The position numbers and the translations under genes are program-made. DNA of 64,000 bases from a virus. The stretch spans positions 46,909-110,908 of the IMG/VR virus record IMGVR_UViG_3300014656_000017; one strand, written 5' to 3'. This document shows, in pieces, positions 9,705-19,815 of the stretch; the first letter of the stretch is position 1; each line of letters opens with the position of its first letter. The notes beneath the pieces are model-generated. The model was not told the DNA's origin and did not search any database. It worked only from the letters and a program-made list of their open reading frames with translations.

Positions 9705-10148
9705 TTTAGTTCTCCTTAATATATTTCCACAAATTTCTAAAACGTATTCTTGTTAATAGCCAATCAAACAAATTAAGTTTTTCATCATAATATCTTAACA
9801 TATATGTATTATGTATAGTATTATGTAAAATTTGATATACTATTATAAACTTATTTGTTTTAATAAAATCTTCGACATCTGTTAGAGTTGAAAATTTTAA
9901 TGCACAGGCTTGGACCGCCTTTTTTCTAAAGTGTTTTATAACTATACCAACAGGGCATATTCCTTTAAGGAATTTCCCTTTAATCTGATTTGTTACATCA
10001 ACATTTATTGTTGACGGGTCAATATCACTAATATCTATTTCTCCTTCTTTTAAAAAGGATTTCATATCGATAGGGGCTGCTGTTAATTGAACAGTAACCA
10101 TTGTGTATTTGTTTATTTTATTTTCTTCTGCCATTTTAGTTCTCCTTA
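9691..10148. repeat. 28-bp perfect direct repeat (RBS + start) at 9691-9718 and 10121-10148
   Basis: Minus strand TAAGGAGAACTAAAATGGCAGAAGAAAA occurs twice. Confidence 0.9.
9706..10134 (-). CDS. Hypothetical protein
   Basis: 142 aa with strong RBS. Confidence 0.65.
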   Translation of the reverse strand: MAEENKINKYTMVTVQLTAAPIDMKSFLKEGEIDISDIDPSTINVDVTNQIKGKFLKGICPVGIVIKHFRKKAVQACALKFSTLTDVEDFIKTNKFIIVYQILHNTIHNTYMLRYYDEKLNLFDWLLTRIRFRNLWKYIKEN

Positions 10149-10275
10149 TATTTTAATATAGTAATCTCCAAACTTTTCATTAATATATGTTCTGTTAAAT
10201 GTAATTCCAATAGACTCTTGATCGTTTATAAACCACGTTTTGCTCCATCTATAAATCCTAGTATATTAAATTTCA

Positions 10276-10869
10276 TTAGACATATTCAAGCTCGCAATTG
10301 TTTCTAAACTCTTGAAGATTCATTGCATTTACATAACTAAACGCTGATTTTAATCCATGCTCTATCTCACGCAAGATATACTTAGCATGTCCTTTAAACG
10401 GAACCTTCAACATCTCACCCTCTACAAACTCATTCTTTAACCCTGAAGATACTTTATTTTCCATACTAGCTGAACCACCATACATCTTATAGTATCTTCT
10501 ATCTACTAAATTAGTTCCTGGTTCTGGATATACATTTCCTGGAGTTTCTGTAGTACCTGCTAGTACAGCACCTACCATAACAGCATCTGCATACTTTAAT
10601 GCTTTAGCAACATCACCAGAACTTGTAATACCTCCATCAGATATCATTTTAATGGGAAGCCCTTGTCTAACAATTTCATCATAACAAGAATGTAAGGCTC
10701 CTAATTGTGGATGGCCTACACCCGTACGTTGAGTTGTAACACAAACAGAATTATGAACAACCATTCCTTCTGCAATATATGAATGGGGGTCTCCAACCTC
10801 TAGGTCATAAACAGGCCCAGAGTATTTATATTTTTTAATATTAGTAATAGGAACAAGATTAAATTTCAT
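10276..10869 (-). CDS. Split intein C-part (40 aa) fused to C-terminal half of GMP reductase/IMPDH
   Basis: MKFNLVPI..YDLEV..HSYIAEGMVVHN|SVCVTTQRTGVG..SDGGI..DAVMVG..YGGSAS..VEG. ATG at 10869 has a GGAGG RBS and ATGA overlap with the endonuclease stop. Confidence 0.92.
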   Translation of the reverse strand: MKFNLVPITNIKKYKYSGPVYDLEVGDPHSYIAEGMVVHNSVCVTTQRTGVGHPQLGALHSCYDEIVRQGLPIKMISDGGITSSGDVAKALKYADAVMVGAVLAGTTETPGNVYPEPGTNLVDRRYYKMYGGSASMENKVSSGLKNEFVEGEMLKVPFKGHAKYILREIEHGLKSAFSYVNAMNLQEFRNNCELEYV

Positions 10870-12020
10870 TTCGCCTCCAAAAAATCTATGCATTTCTTAA
10901 TAATTATATCTTTATTTTTCTTATAGTCAAGTGAAAGAATTCTTAAACATTTAGCGCCAGGCAGCTCCTTTTTAATATTTGTCTCTCTAATTTTATCTTT
11001 TTGTACATCATGCCATTTTGGATCATCATACTCTACCCATTTGTTAAGATCTTTAATATAAAAATCTAATCTATAATACTTCCCGTTTTTCAGCTCTACT
11101 AAAAACTCATTATTTATATGATCGTTTCGTATACCATTATCATTGGTTGCAAAATATATATTTTTATATTTGTGTGATATATTTTTATAAATTTCCCAAA
11201 AAATCTCTTGTGATATATTAGACCATCCATGAGTTTTTAGTTTTTTAAGTATTTGTTTATTTTTATATCTATAATCTTTCCACCTTTTTGTTCCATTTAT
11301 TTTTCCATAAATTCTTATGAATTTTTCTAATGTTTGTGCTTTAGATTTTTTATATTGATTGTATATTTCTGTGCCTTTATGTATACCATATTTTTCAATA
11401 TATTTTTCAATAGTATGTTTATTTTTAAGACGATTTTTATATTCTTTTACTTTTATATTTGCTTCCTCTATTGATAATCCTTTCTTAATCCAATATTCCG
11501 GCAAAAAACAACTCACATATTTGTCAGGATACATTTTTTTATATATTCCGAATTTCAAGCCTGCATTTCTTGAGTTGTCACTTAAAATTTTTTGTGCTTC
11601 GTCTGATGTGTGTCCTCTTTTAATCCAGTATTCTGGACATCTACAACTTCCCGTTCGATACTTTTTCTTATTATTTGTATACCATTTGCGTATTTTTGAT
11701 CCTGCCTCCGCAAGAAACTGGCTTCTTTTATTTTCAATTTCTTCGCCTGTATACCCCTTATCAATCCAATATTCTTTACAATTCTTTAAACATTTTCGGT
11801 GAATGCAATAATTGCAGTATTTTTTATATCCCAACACTCCATTAATATATTCTGTTGATTTATTACATACCTTACACACACCTTCGTTGGCTTTTTTAAA
11901 ATGTGTATCGTAATAGTCCTTAATCTGTTTTTTGTTGAATTTGTGTTTATTAGATAAATGCTTACTGAAATTATACAAATTGCTGCTTTGTTTTTGACAT
12001 AAAATACATATAGGTTGCAT
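10866..12020 (-). mobile_element. Free-standing Vsr-like/PD-(D/E)XK homing endonuclease between the split-intein halves
   Basis: C2H2 and CxxC motifs, three EYWIxKG repeats, C-terminal RLDFY..VEYDDPKWHD; ATAAATA late motif at 12041-12047. Confidence 0.8.
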
Positions 12021-12048
12021 ACTTATCCGCCTTCTATATATATTTATG

Positions 12049-12939
12049 CTAATTTGCTAATTTTTCTTGAGATTCTATCAAAAAATAATCAGTTGTTAAT
12101 TGATCTGCAGGAACCCATTTGGCAAAAAGATGGATATTATCATCTGTAATTTTATTAACATCATTTTTATGAACAACATATATTTTATGATCATTAGTGC
12201 ACTTTAATGAATTGTTAATTTCAACCACTTCTTTACTATTATCAAATTTAAATGTTGTTGTAACTTCTTCGTATTTACCTGTATGAGTTAATACTATTTC
12301 ACCTGGTTTAATGTCCTGTATTTTTCTTTGTCCTGTAGATGTTGTAATTTTTGTATCAGGTAAAAAACACCCACCCGCTATGCCAACTTTTGCTACATCA
12401 GCACCCCATTCATTTAAATCATAAACAGCTTCCGGTGTACAAACATTACCTGCAATTAAGCATATTTTAGACCTCTCTGATCGAGACCATTTAAACAATT
12501 CGCTTGTAATCCATAGTAACATTTTTTTTGTATGTTCATGATGACCATGAGCTACATCAATACAAAAGATTCGAGCACCAGCGCAATATAATTCTGCAAA
12601 CCTTTCTTTATCTTCTGCTTGTACACCAAGAGAAACACCAATGAGAGGTATATTATAATCATTATCAGGGGTTGTTACCCATCTATAATCATCTCTTGCT
12701 TGTTGTATAGTATCAAATCTGTGTAAAATACCTAACCCACCAGCGTCCCACATTGTAGTTGCCATTTTAGGACCTGTAATATTTTTCATATTAGCAGAAA
12801 TTACAGGAAGTTTTAAAATTACATTATTATGGATCTTGCTGGAAATGTCTACATCATTGCGACTAGCAATAGTGCTATAAACTGGTTTAATAACTACATC
12901 ACTAAAATGCTCTGAGTATTTATTGTTGTTCATATCCAC
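12049..12939 (-). CDS. N-terminal half of GMP reductase/IMPDH fused to split intein N-part (106 aa, 12049..12369)
   Basis: PVISANM, GLGILHRF, IDVAHGH, IAGNV, KVGIAGG|CFLPDT..KCTNDH. Confidence 0.92.
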   Translation of the reverse strand: MDMNNNKYSEHFSDVVIKPVYSTIASRNDVDISSKIHNNVILKLPVISANMKNITGPKMATTMWDAGGLGILHRFDTIQQARDDYRWVTTPDNDYNIPLIGVSLGVQAEDKERFAELYCAGARIFCIDVAHGHHEHTKKMLLWITSELFKWSRSERSKICLIAGNVCTPEAVYDLNEWGADVAKVGIAGGCFLPDTKITTSTGQRKIQDIKPGEIVLTHTGKYEEVTTTFKFDNSKEVVEINNSLKCTNDHKIYVVHKNDVNKITDDNIHLFAKWVPADQLTTDYFLIESQEKLAN

Positions 12940-13144
12940 ATTTCCTTTGAATACATTTATGATACCAAAATTTGGGGAACTTCCACCTGTATTTTCTAGT
13001 CATATGGCTTTCACACTTTGGACAAAAACCAACTATGCAATCCAACGGGCTGTCAAAAAGTACGCGGTTAAGTGGTGGTTTCGGAGGCGCCGGCGGGTTT
13101 ATGTGTTTTTCTGATCCATTTTTATTACATAGTATTATATTCAT
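12920..13144 (-). CDS. Small zinc-ribbon protein
   Basis: CPKC...CIQRKC; lies downstream of promoter 13152-13179. Confidence 0.55.
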   Translation of the reverse strand: MNIILCNKNGSEKHINPPAPPKPPLNRVLFDSPLDCIVGFCPKCESHMTRKYRWKFPKFWYHKCIQRKCGYEQQ

Positions 13145-13151
13145 AAGACAA

Positions 13152-13179
13152 ATTATATAATGAATTTTAAAAAAAGCAA
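13152..13179 (-). promoter_or_regulatory. sigma70-like promoter TTGCTT-N16-TATAAT
   Basis: Consensus hexamers. Confidence 0.6.
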
Positions 13180-13335
13180 GTTACTTTAAGGTCATTTTTA
13201 TAGTAATTGATTCTTTGAAAATTGTCGATTCATAATTGGAGATTTGGCAAGATTCAAAATTGTAGTCTTTCGATTCGTAGCTGAAACTTTATTCAATATA
13301 GTTAACCAAAGAAATATAATACTCACAATCTTCCT

Positions 13336-15252
13336 TTATTTAACAGGGCATACACCACTAGCACATTCGATTCCTTCAATATCCTCACCTGAAGATTTTA
13401 TAATATGAATAGGCTGGAGTTTAGAGGTAAGCTCGGTATATTCTTCTTTAGTAATTTCTTGTAAAACAGGTTGCGCAAATCCATGATCACTATGAAGCAA
13501 AAAACTAACTGATTTAATACTATTATCGTAATTATGTTTTAGCCATTCTTTTATTCCTGTTAGCTCTTCTTTTTTATAATACACAGTTACGCTAATAGAA
13601 TTATCTGACCAAATAGTTTGAAGATTTTTAACCATCTCAAGCTGTTGAATAGCAGACATATCTTTTGCTAAAATGGTTTGTTCAGAAGACTCACAAGGAA
13701 AAGAAACTACACAAGTATTATGATCATATGAACCATCAAAATTTAAAACGAATTCAATAGGATATCCTAAACTACGACAATATGCAACTAATGGATCAGT
13801 AGCACCAATTCTCACTCTACGAATATAGTGTTGACTATAAGCAGGATGAATCCCAGGAGTGGAACCACTTAATAATGAAAGAGTTCCGCTTGGCTTACAT
13901 GTAGAAAGCTTAATACTTTCATTCCATCCTCTTTCTTTACTCCATTGTTTATCAAATTTTCTAAGCTCTTTATAACATTCATCCAACCATTCTAATTTAT
14001 CTATTGATTGACATATACCGGTCACTCCCAATCCTAATCTCATATTCTTATGTACTACTTTAGTTGTTTCCTCATGAATAAAGTTCATTGAAGCAACAGC
14101 TTTCTGTGTTTTATATAAAAGTTTAGCACAGGTAATAAGTTCTTCTTTTGAGGTAATATTGTTCAAATATAATTCCGCAAGATTACAACATTCTTTATCT
14201 GATAGAAAAATTTCAACGCACGGATTTGCGCCATCAACAGGATCTTTACATGGTTCACCTAAACGACCCATTTTTTGTGCTAATGGCAGATTAATAAAAC
14301 CATAAGGCTCACCCTGTCCATTATACCCATCCCATACATCTCTCATAATGTGTGAATATTCATCTGCATAGATGGTATTATTAGACATAGCTCGCCAATT
14401 TGGAATATTGCCTAAATCCCATCGTTTAGCTCTAAGGAATAGATAATCATCTGGATCGCCAAGAGCAACCTCAGCACTTCTCCTCACATTGCCCGATACC
14501 ACAAGCATTCCAATGATATTACAAATGTCTAAAACATCTATAGAACGTAACTTCTTTCCTTCTCTGCTTCTAAGAACATTTACAATTTTATCCATATTTT
14601 CAACAAGCAATTTCGGTCCACTTGCTTGACCACCAAAACTTCTAATATCTTCACCTTGACCTCTAACTAAGATAGTAGAATACGTAAATGATTTTCCTTT
14701 AATAAAATATGCTTTTAAAATTTGTCTAAGCAATAAAATAAAACCTTCGCGGGAATCGGGTACAATAAAATTAGCATCTTTAGTTAATTCGTGTTTAATA
14801 AAAACATCTCTTTTAACTCTTGGCAATTCGTGAATATCTTCTGATTTTACAGAAAATCCAACACCGCCACCTAACATTAAATTCTCAAAAAGAAAACAGA
14901 AATCATCAATATTACGAATAGAAGTAAACCAGCAATTTAATAAACTGTTACCGCCAAACTTACGAACTACATTTGTACCTAACTGCCACAACATCCGCCC
15001 GGCATAATTACACTTTAAATTGAACATTAAATCATAAAGTTGTTCTGCTTCTTCTTTAGTGTAACCCGCTCCTATTTCTTGAGCGCCTTCAATACTCCGC
15101 GCAATAGTTTCCCACCATTCTTCTGAAGTATCATCTTCTTTTTTACGCGCATAGGTTCTTTTGAAAACAATATACCCTAATCCGTTAAACCCCCAATTGG
15201 GTTGTTTGTTTTTATATTTGCTGAGAAAGTCTGGTGAAAAAGATTTAAACAT
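13336..15252 (-). CDS. nrdJ: Class II (adenosylcobalamin) ribonucleotide reductase
   Basis: RTYAR, LLNC, GGGVG, NVRRSAE, NPCVEI, CNLAE, KPSGT, C-terminal CASGVCP; start probably 15252. Confidence 0.92.
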   Translation of the reverse strand: MFKSFSPDFLSKYKNKQPNWGFNGLGYIVFKRTYARKKEDDTSEEWWETIARSIEGAQEIGAGYTKEEAEQLYDLMFNLKCNYAGRMLWQLGTNVVRKFGGNSLLNCWFTSIRNIDDFCFLFENLMLGGGVGFSVKSEDIHELPRVKRDVFIKHELTKDANFIVPDSREGFILLLRQILKAYFIKGKSFTYSTILVRGQGEDIRSFGGQASGPKLLVENMDKIVNVLRSREGKKLRSIDVLDICNIIGMLVVSGNVRRSAEVALGDPDDYLFLRAKRWDLGNIPNWRAMSNNTIYADEYSHIMRDVWDGYNGQGEPYGFINLPLAQKMGRLGEPCKDPVDGANPCVEIFLSDKECCNLAELYLNNITSKEELITCAKLLYKTQKAVASMNFIHEETTKVVHKNMRLGLGVTGICQSIDKLEWLDECYKELRKFDKQWSKERGWNESIKLSTCKPSGTLSLLSGSTPGIHPAYSQHYIRRVRIGATDPLVAYCRSLGYPIEFVLNFDGSYDHNTCVVSFPCESSEQTILAKDMSAIQQLEMVKNLQTIWSDNSISVTVYYKKEELTGIKEWLKHNYDNSIKSVSFLLHSDHGFAQPVLQEITKEEYTELTSKLQPIHIIKSSGEDIEGIECASGVCPVK

Positions 15253-16225
15253 TATTTTTAACTTGCTCCTCAATCCATTTATATGTTGGTTCAATGCCTC
15301 TTACTAGTGGCCATTGTGATTTCCATCCTGTTGAATATATTTTGTTGTTACTAAAATTGCGAGATTGTACACCTACTGGACCATCTATATGATTAATGAT
15401 TATATCTTTATTTGCAATTTTTGCAATAGTGTATGCTAGTTCATCTACAGAAACATATTCAGGATTGCCTATGTTAGTAGGACCTTTTAAATCAGAATGC
15501 ATTAATCTGTAAATACCTTCAACCATATCTTCTACGTAAGTATATGATCTTACGGCAGTTCCATCACCCCAAACATCTATAGTTCCTTTATTACCTTTTA
15601 TTTCCGCAATTTTTCGACATAGTGCAGCTGGAGCCTTTTCTCTTCCACCTTTCCATGTTCCATACGGCCCATAACAATTTTGAAAACGTGCAATACGTAC
15701 AGAAATATTATATTTTCTTCCGTATGCTTCTACAACACGTTCTGAATATAATTTCTCGAAACCGTACTCATTATGAGGCATTGCTGGATAGGCTTGTACT
15801 TCATTCATTTCAGGTTCTCCTATTTTCATGTCACGGTATACACAAACAGAAGAAGAATAAAAATACCTTCCAGGTACTCCAGGTACTCCATAGTTTGCTG
15901 TACAAGCAGCATGTATCATATTAACATTAATAAGAACATTGTTTCGCATGATATCTGTTTCTGCGCTGTGAATGAATCCCATTCCGCCCATGTCAGCTGC
16001 TAAAGAATATATTTCATCATAAGGTTTCCAAAAAGGATTTAACATAGCCAAATCACAATTTTGTGGAATTCTTAAATCTAATAGTTTAAATTCGTCACAA
16101 GAAAGAGATCGATATTCTGGATTCTTAATATCTACACCTCGAACCCAATATCCTTGTTTTTTAAGATACTCTACCAAATGCCCGGCAATGAAACCGCCGG
16201 CGCCAGTTACTAGTGCTGTTTTCAT
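15245..16225 (-). CDS. GDP-mannose 3,5-epimerase-like SDR
   Basis: GAGGFIA, AADMGGMGFI, SSVCVY, YGFEK, GGREKAPAALCRK. Confidence 0.85.
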   Translation of the reverse strand: MKTALVTGAGGFIAGHLVEYLKKQGYWVRGVDIKNPEYRSLSCDEFKLLDLRIPQNCDLAMLNPFWKPYDEIYSLAADMGGMGFIHSAETDIMRNNVLINVNMIHAACTANYGVPGVPGRYFYSSSVCVYRDMKIGEPEMNEVQAYPAMPHNEYGFEKLYSERVVEAYGRKYNISVRIARFQNCYGPYGTWKGGREKAPAALCRKIAEIKGNKGTIDVWGDGTAVRSYTYVEDMVEGIYRLMHSDLKGPTNIGNPEYVSVDELAYTIAKIANKDIIINHIDGPVGVQSRNFSNNKIYSTGWKSQWPLVRGIEPTYKWIEEQVKNNV

Positions 16226-16233
16226 AGACTCCT

Positions 16234-17064
16234 TTACATATAATTACTAAGTTTAATATAATCTAAATATTCTTCAAGGAATATCTCTTTAATTTGTTTA
16301 TCTTCTATTTGCAAATCGTGAGGCTCTGTAAAAAACAATCCACTATCCTTTAATTCATCATACCAATAGTACATGTCAGACAACATTTGTTGAACAGGAA
16401 TAGTTCCTAATCTAATTGCTTCAAAAAAACGCAAACATATAAATTTACCTACACCCAATGGACATAATGCATATTTATATTCACTGAGTGTTTGTAAATA
16501 TTGCTGGTACGTTAATTTTCTATCTGTACTGATTATTTCTAATGGAATTTTACCATTAAGCTTTCTTAGCATATCTGCACGTTTACTATACTCGTTTTGG
16601 TTAAATCTCCCTAAAAATAATACAACATCTTTCTTAGGTTTCTTTTCAACATTAAACACCATACTCTTCGATAGGTAAAATTTATTAAGAATTGTTTTAT
16701 TCAATAAATTAGCATCGTCAATGTCTGCAACAAATTGCGTTACATTTTTAAATGAATTTACAGCATTTTGATTATCAATATTCCACGGAAATGGAGAATT
16801 GTAAATTTTATCAAAGTTAAAAATGATAACTTTGACATTTTGTTCATTTACACTATTAATAAATTGTTTTGTACTCCACACGTCTCTGTTTGGATGAAAA
16901 TGTTCATCTACAATATATAAATGCGAAATACCTTCTATATCATTTATTGTGTTAATATCTTTAAAGGCCTCATTTGGAAAAAAGTTTTTTAATGCCATTC
17001 TATAATTTTGAAACATACTATGGCCTACTAATTCTAAACTGTCGTGACATAATAGTCCTATCAT
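16234..17064 (-). CDS. Glycosyltransferase (exostosin GT47/CgeB-like C-terminus)
   Basis: YKYALCPLG..RFFEAIRLGTIPV. Confidence 0.6.
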   Translation of the reverse strand: MIGLLCHDSLELVGHSMFQNYRMALKNFFPNEAFKDINTINDIEGISHLYIVDEHFHPNRDVWSTKQFINSVNEQNVKVIIFNFDKIYNSPFPWNIDNQNAVNSFKNVTQFVADIDDANLLNKTILNKFYLSKSMVFNVEKKPKKDVVLFLGRFNQNEYSKRADMLRKLNGKIPLEIISTDRKLTYQQYLQTLSEYKYALCPLGVGKFICLRFFEAIRLGTIPVQQMLSDMYYWYDELKDSGLFFTEPHDLQIEDKQIKEIFLEEYLDYIKLSNYM

Positions 17065-17636
17065 GTTATTTCCTTCTGAGGATCTAAAAATATAACGCCT
17101 TGTTTAGACCCTTCTGCTTTATTATTATACCTGTAAATTACATTATTTCCATATATATTTTTAAAGTATTTTTCGTAGTTTTTAAATGTGTATGAAATAT
17201 TATCATGAGTGTCATATCCATATTCAGGATGGTATGGATTATGAAAGTCGTGTATAACTAAATATGGCTTAATTGATAATTTGGCCATAAACTCTAGTTC
17301 TCTTTGTAGTATCATTCCTCCACCCCAATGTGCATCTAAAAAGGCAAGGATTTTTTTATTTTTTAATCCATCTAAATTGTTTTCAAGCACTGTAGGGCTA
17401 TCTCCCAAAAAAATATCAAAATATTCACATTTTTTCACTGCATTAGTTGTAATGGTTAAAAATTCTTCGTTTTTTTCAATTGCCATTACAGGAATTTTAA
17501 ATTTAACCAAAAACTGGGTTGTATTTCCTAGATGCGTACCTGTTTCGATAATTAGATTTGGTTTAAATGTTGATACTATCTTAATAAATGCTTTTTGCAA
17601 ATATGTATCCCCTTCAAATGCAATTTTATCTATCAT
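17061..17636 (-). CDS. Class I SAM-dependent methyltransferase
   Basis: IIETGTHLG, GDS, FLDAH, VIHD. Confidence 0.7.
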   Translation of the reverse strand: MIDKIAFEGDTYLQKAFIKIVSTFKPNLIIETGTHLGNTTQFLVKFKIPVMAIEKNEEFLTITTNAVKKCEYFDIFLGDSPTVLENNLDGLKNKKILAFLDAHWGGGMILQRELEFMAKLSIKPYLVIHDFHNPYHPEYGYDTHDNISYTFKNYEKYFKNIYGNNVIYRYNNKAEGSKQGVIFLDPQKEIT

Positions 17637-18514
17637 ACTATTTCCTGTTGTATTAAATTTTTCCAATATTCTAAATCCAATTTTTCATAATTATATACTT
17701 TTTCCGTAATTTTTCTATAGGCACTTTTTAAAAATTCTTGATTTAACATTTTCCACGCACCTTCTTGTCGGGGTATTTTTAACATAGGCAGATCATTAAA
17801 CCCTTCATTATGAACACAGTCTACAACAATAGGTATAGAATTTAAATACAAACTTTCCCACATTCTGTGACTATCTGTTCCTCCGCCCATAGGACAGATA
17901 TTAAAAACTGATTTTGAAATATCTCTCCAATAATCTTCTTGTGATCTGCCTCTAATCATTGGTATAAACTGAGTATCTTTAGCAACATGCATTCTATTAC
18001 AATGTGAAGTGTTTATGTCAAAATTTTTATACACTAAAAATTCTTTTTTGTTATTCTCTCTTCTTATTTTATCAAACAGATTTAAATTTCCATGAGGCCA
18101 TTGTGAATTAGCTACTCCAATTGGAATGGGTATTAATTTATCATGTCTGTATTCAACGTTTTGTGCAAACCATTTTTTAATTTTAGGATCATCTAAATAC
18201 TGTTTATATTTTTCAGAAATCCATGCATCTGAATTGTGTGTAACTAGTATAAAGTTATTTTTTAATAATGGATAAATTTTATTAAAGAAAAAGTCTAATA
18301 TGTGTGTATATACAAATATTGATTTAGCTTTTTGTAACTCAAATGGAATATCAGTAGTATTAGATTCAAAAAAATGATAATTTGTTTTTGTATTTTTAAG
18401 TTGATTTCTTAAAAGAGCTGAATCCCCATTGTCTTTGGCATTTAGAATAACAGTAAAATCTGTTAATTCTTGTATTTTTTCACCTGTTATATAATTTATT
18501 TGTAAACTGTCCAT
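17633..18514 (-). CDS. Exostosin-like glycosyltransferase (GT47-like)
   Basis: THNSD, WFAQN, PIPIG, FNICPMGGGTDSHRMWESLYLNSIPIV. Confidence 0.75.
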   Translation of the reverse strand: MDSLQINYITGEKIQELTDFTVILNAKDNGDSALLRNQLKNTKTNYHFFESNTTDIPFELQKAKSIFVYTHILDFFFNKIYPLLKNNFILVTHNSDAWISEKYKQYLDDPKIKKWFAQNVEYRHDKLIPIPIGVANSQWPHGNLNLFDKIRRENNKKEFLVYKNFDINTSHCNRMHVAKDTQFIPMIRGRSQEDYWRDISKSVFNICPMGGGTDSHRMWESLYLNSIPIVVDCVHNEGFNDLPMLKIPRQEGAWKMLNQEFLKSAYRKITEKVYNYEKLDLEYWKNLIQQEIV

Positions 18515-19815
18515 AAGTCTCTTTCAGATAATGCTTTTTTTGTTATTTTAAAAATATATTTATATAATTTAAACGGAAGTGGTATTCTAATAAGCACAGG
18601 CGTAATAGGCCTAAAAATTTTTGGATAAGCTGTTATTAACGGCCACAGTTTATGTAATCTTTCTATTAAAATTTTTTTCTTAAGGTTTAAGGTAGACACT
18701 CCAAAAAATCCATCATCAACACTATCATCATCTGGAATGAATCCATCTTTTTTAGCCTTTAAATAAATTTGAGATCCTTTATAACATTGAAGTAAAGCAC
18801 TCCATGAAGATGTAGGTTTACATTTAATATTAAAATCTAACGTTTCAAAGGCATCTGATAAAGAATTCTCAATAGGTAAACCAATAATATTTTGTAATCT
18901 AGTGCGTATATTGTAATTATTACATATTTGAATTGCTTGTTTAACTTGTTCTTTGTTTCCGACTCTGTTTAAAATTGTTTTTCTATTCTCATCATTAGCA
19001 GATTCTAATGCCAAACTTATTATTGCACAACCAGCACTAGATAAAATTTTTGCTGCTTCATCTGTTATATCATTTGGATGAGCATTACATATAAAAGGCA
19101 AGTTAATTTTTTTCTTGTATAATATTGCAAATTCTTTTAGCCATTCAATTGGCTTTATAAAACCATCATCCATTATATGAATCATTTTTAGAGGTTGCCA
19201 CTTTTCTTTAAGTTCTAATGCTTCATTTATAACATCTTCAACATTTCTAATTCTTATAATATTTTTACATTGACCTTTATGTAATTTGTTCCACCTATTA
19301 TTAAAACAATACGAACAATTAAATTTACACCCTCGCCTTGTTATCATATTTTTAATTGGATTGTTTTTTATATCTGGATATGAATATATCAATTTTCTAT
19401 CTGGAAAAGGAATTTTATTTATATCTATAAGTATAAGATCTTTATATTTTTGGCCGTTTATAAAATCTAAAATTGAATTCTCTCCTTCACCTCTAATATA
19501 ATTTTTTCCTTGAAAAATGTCAGGATCAAAGGTTGCAGCAGGACCACCATAAAGTGTTATATAGTTTAAATTGGGCAACTTGTTTTTAATTGTTGCATCC
19601 AGATCAAAATAATATTTTTCCGATCCAGAATATACAGAATAACATATATAATCTGGATTGATTTGTTGTACATAATAAAAAAAGCTATCGTTGTTGTATA
19701 TATCCCGGCGCAACAAATATGTCAAATTTCCGGCGCTTTTCAATGAAGACAACAAATACATAATACCCAAATGTTCCATTTTCATTTCTTTTACAATGAA
19801 TAATATTTTTTTCAT
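18496..19815 (-). CDS. Cobalamin-dependent radical SAM enzyme (class B methyltransferase-like)
   Basis: HLGIMYL..GGPAAT..GEGE B12-binding domain; RGCKFNCSYC; ALES; IIGLP. Confidence 0.88.
   Translation of the reverse strand: MKKILFIVKEMKMEHLGIMYLLSSLKSAGNLTYLLRRDIYNNDSFFYYVQQINPDYICYSVYSGSEKYYFDLDATIKNKLPNLNYITLYGGPAATFDPDIFQGKNYIRGEGENSILDFINGQKYKDLILIDINKIPFPDRKLIYSYPDIKNNPIKNMITRRGCKFNCSYCFNNRWNKLHKGQCKNIIRIRNVEDVINEALELKEKWQPLKMIHIMDDGFIKPIEWLKEFAILYKKKINLPFICNAHPNDITDEAAKILSSAGCAIISLALESANDENRKTILNRVGNKEQVKQAIQICNNYNIRTRLQNIIGLPIENSLSDAFETLDFNIKCKPTSSWSALLQCYKGSQIYLKAKKDGFIPDDDSVDDGFFGVSTLNLKKKILIERLHKLWPLITAYPKIFRPITPVLIRIPLPFKLYKYIFKITKKALSERDLWTVYK

Noticed and set aside
13181-13326. 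Possible small gene between nrdJ and the zinc-ribbon ORF
   Set aside because: The GTG-started frame has an internal TAA and no recognisable motif.
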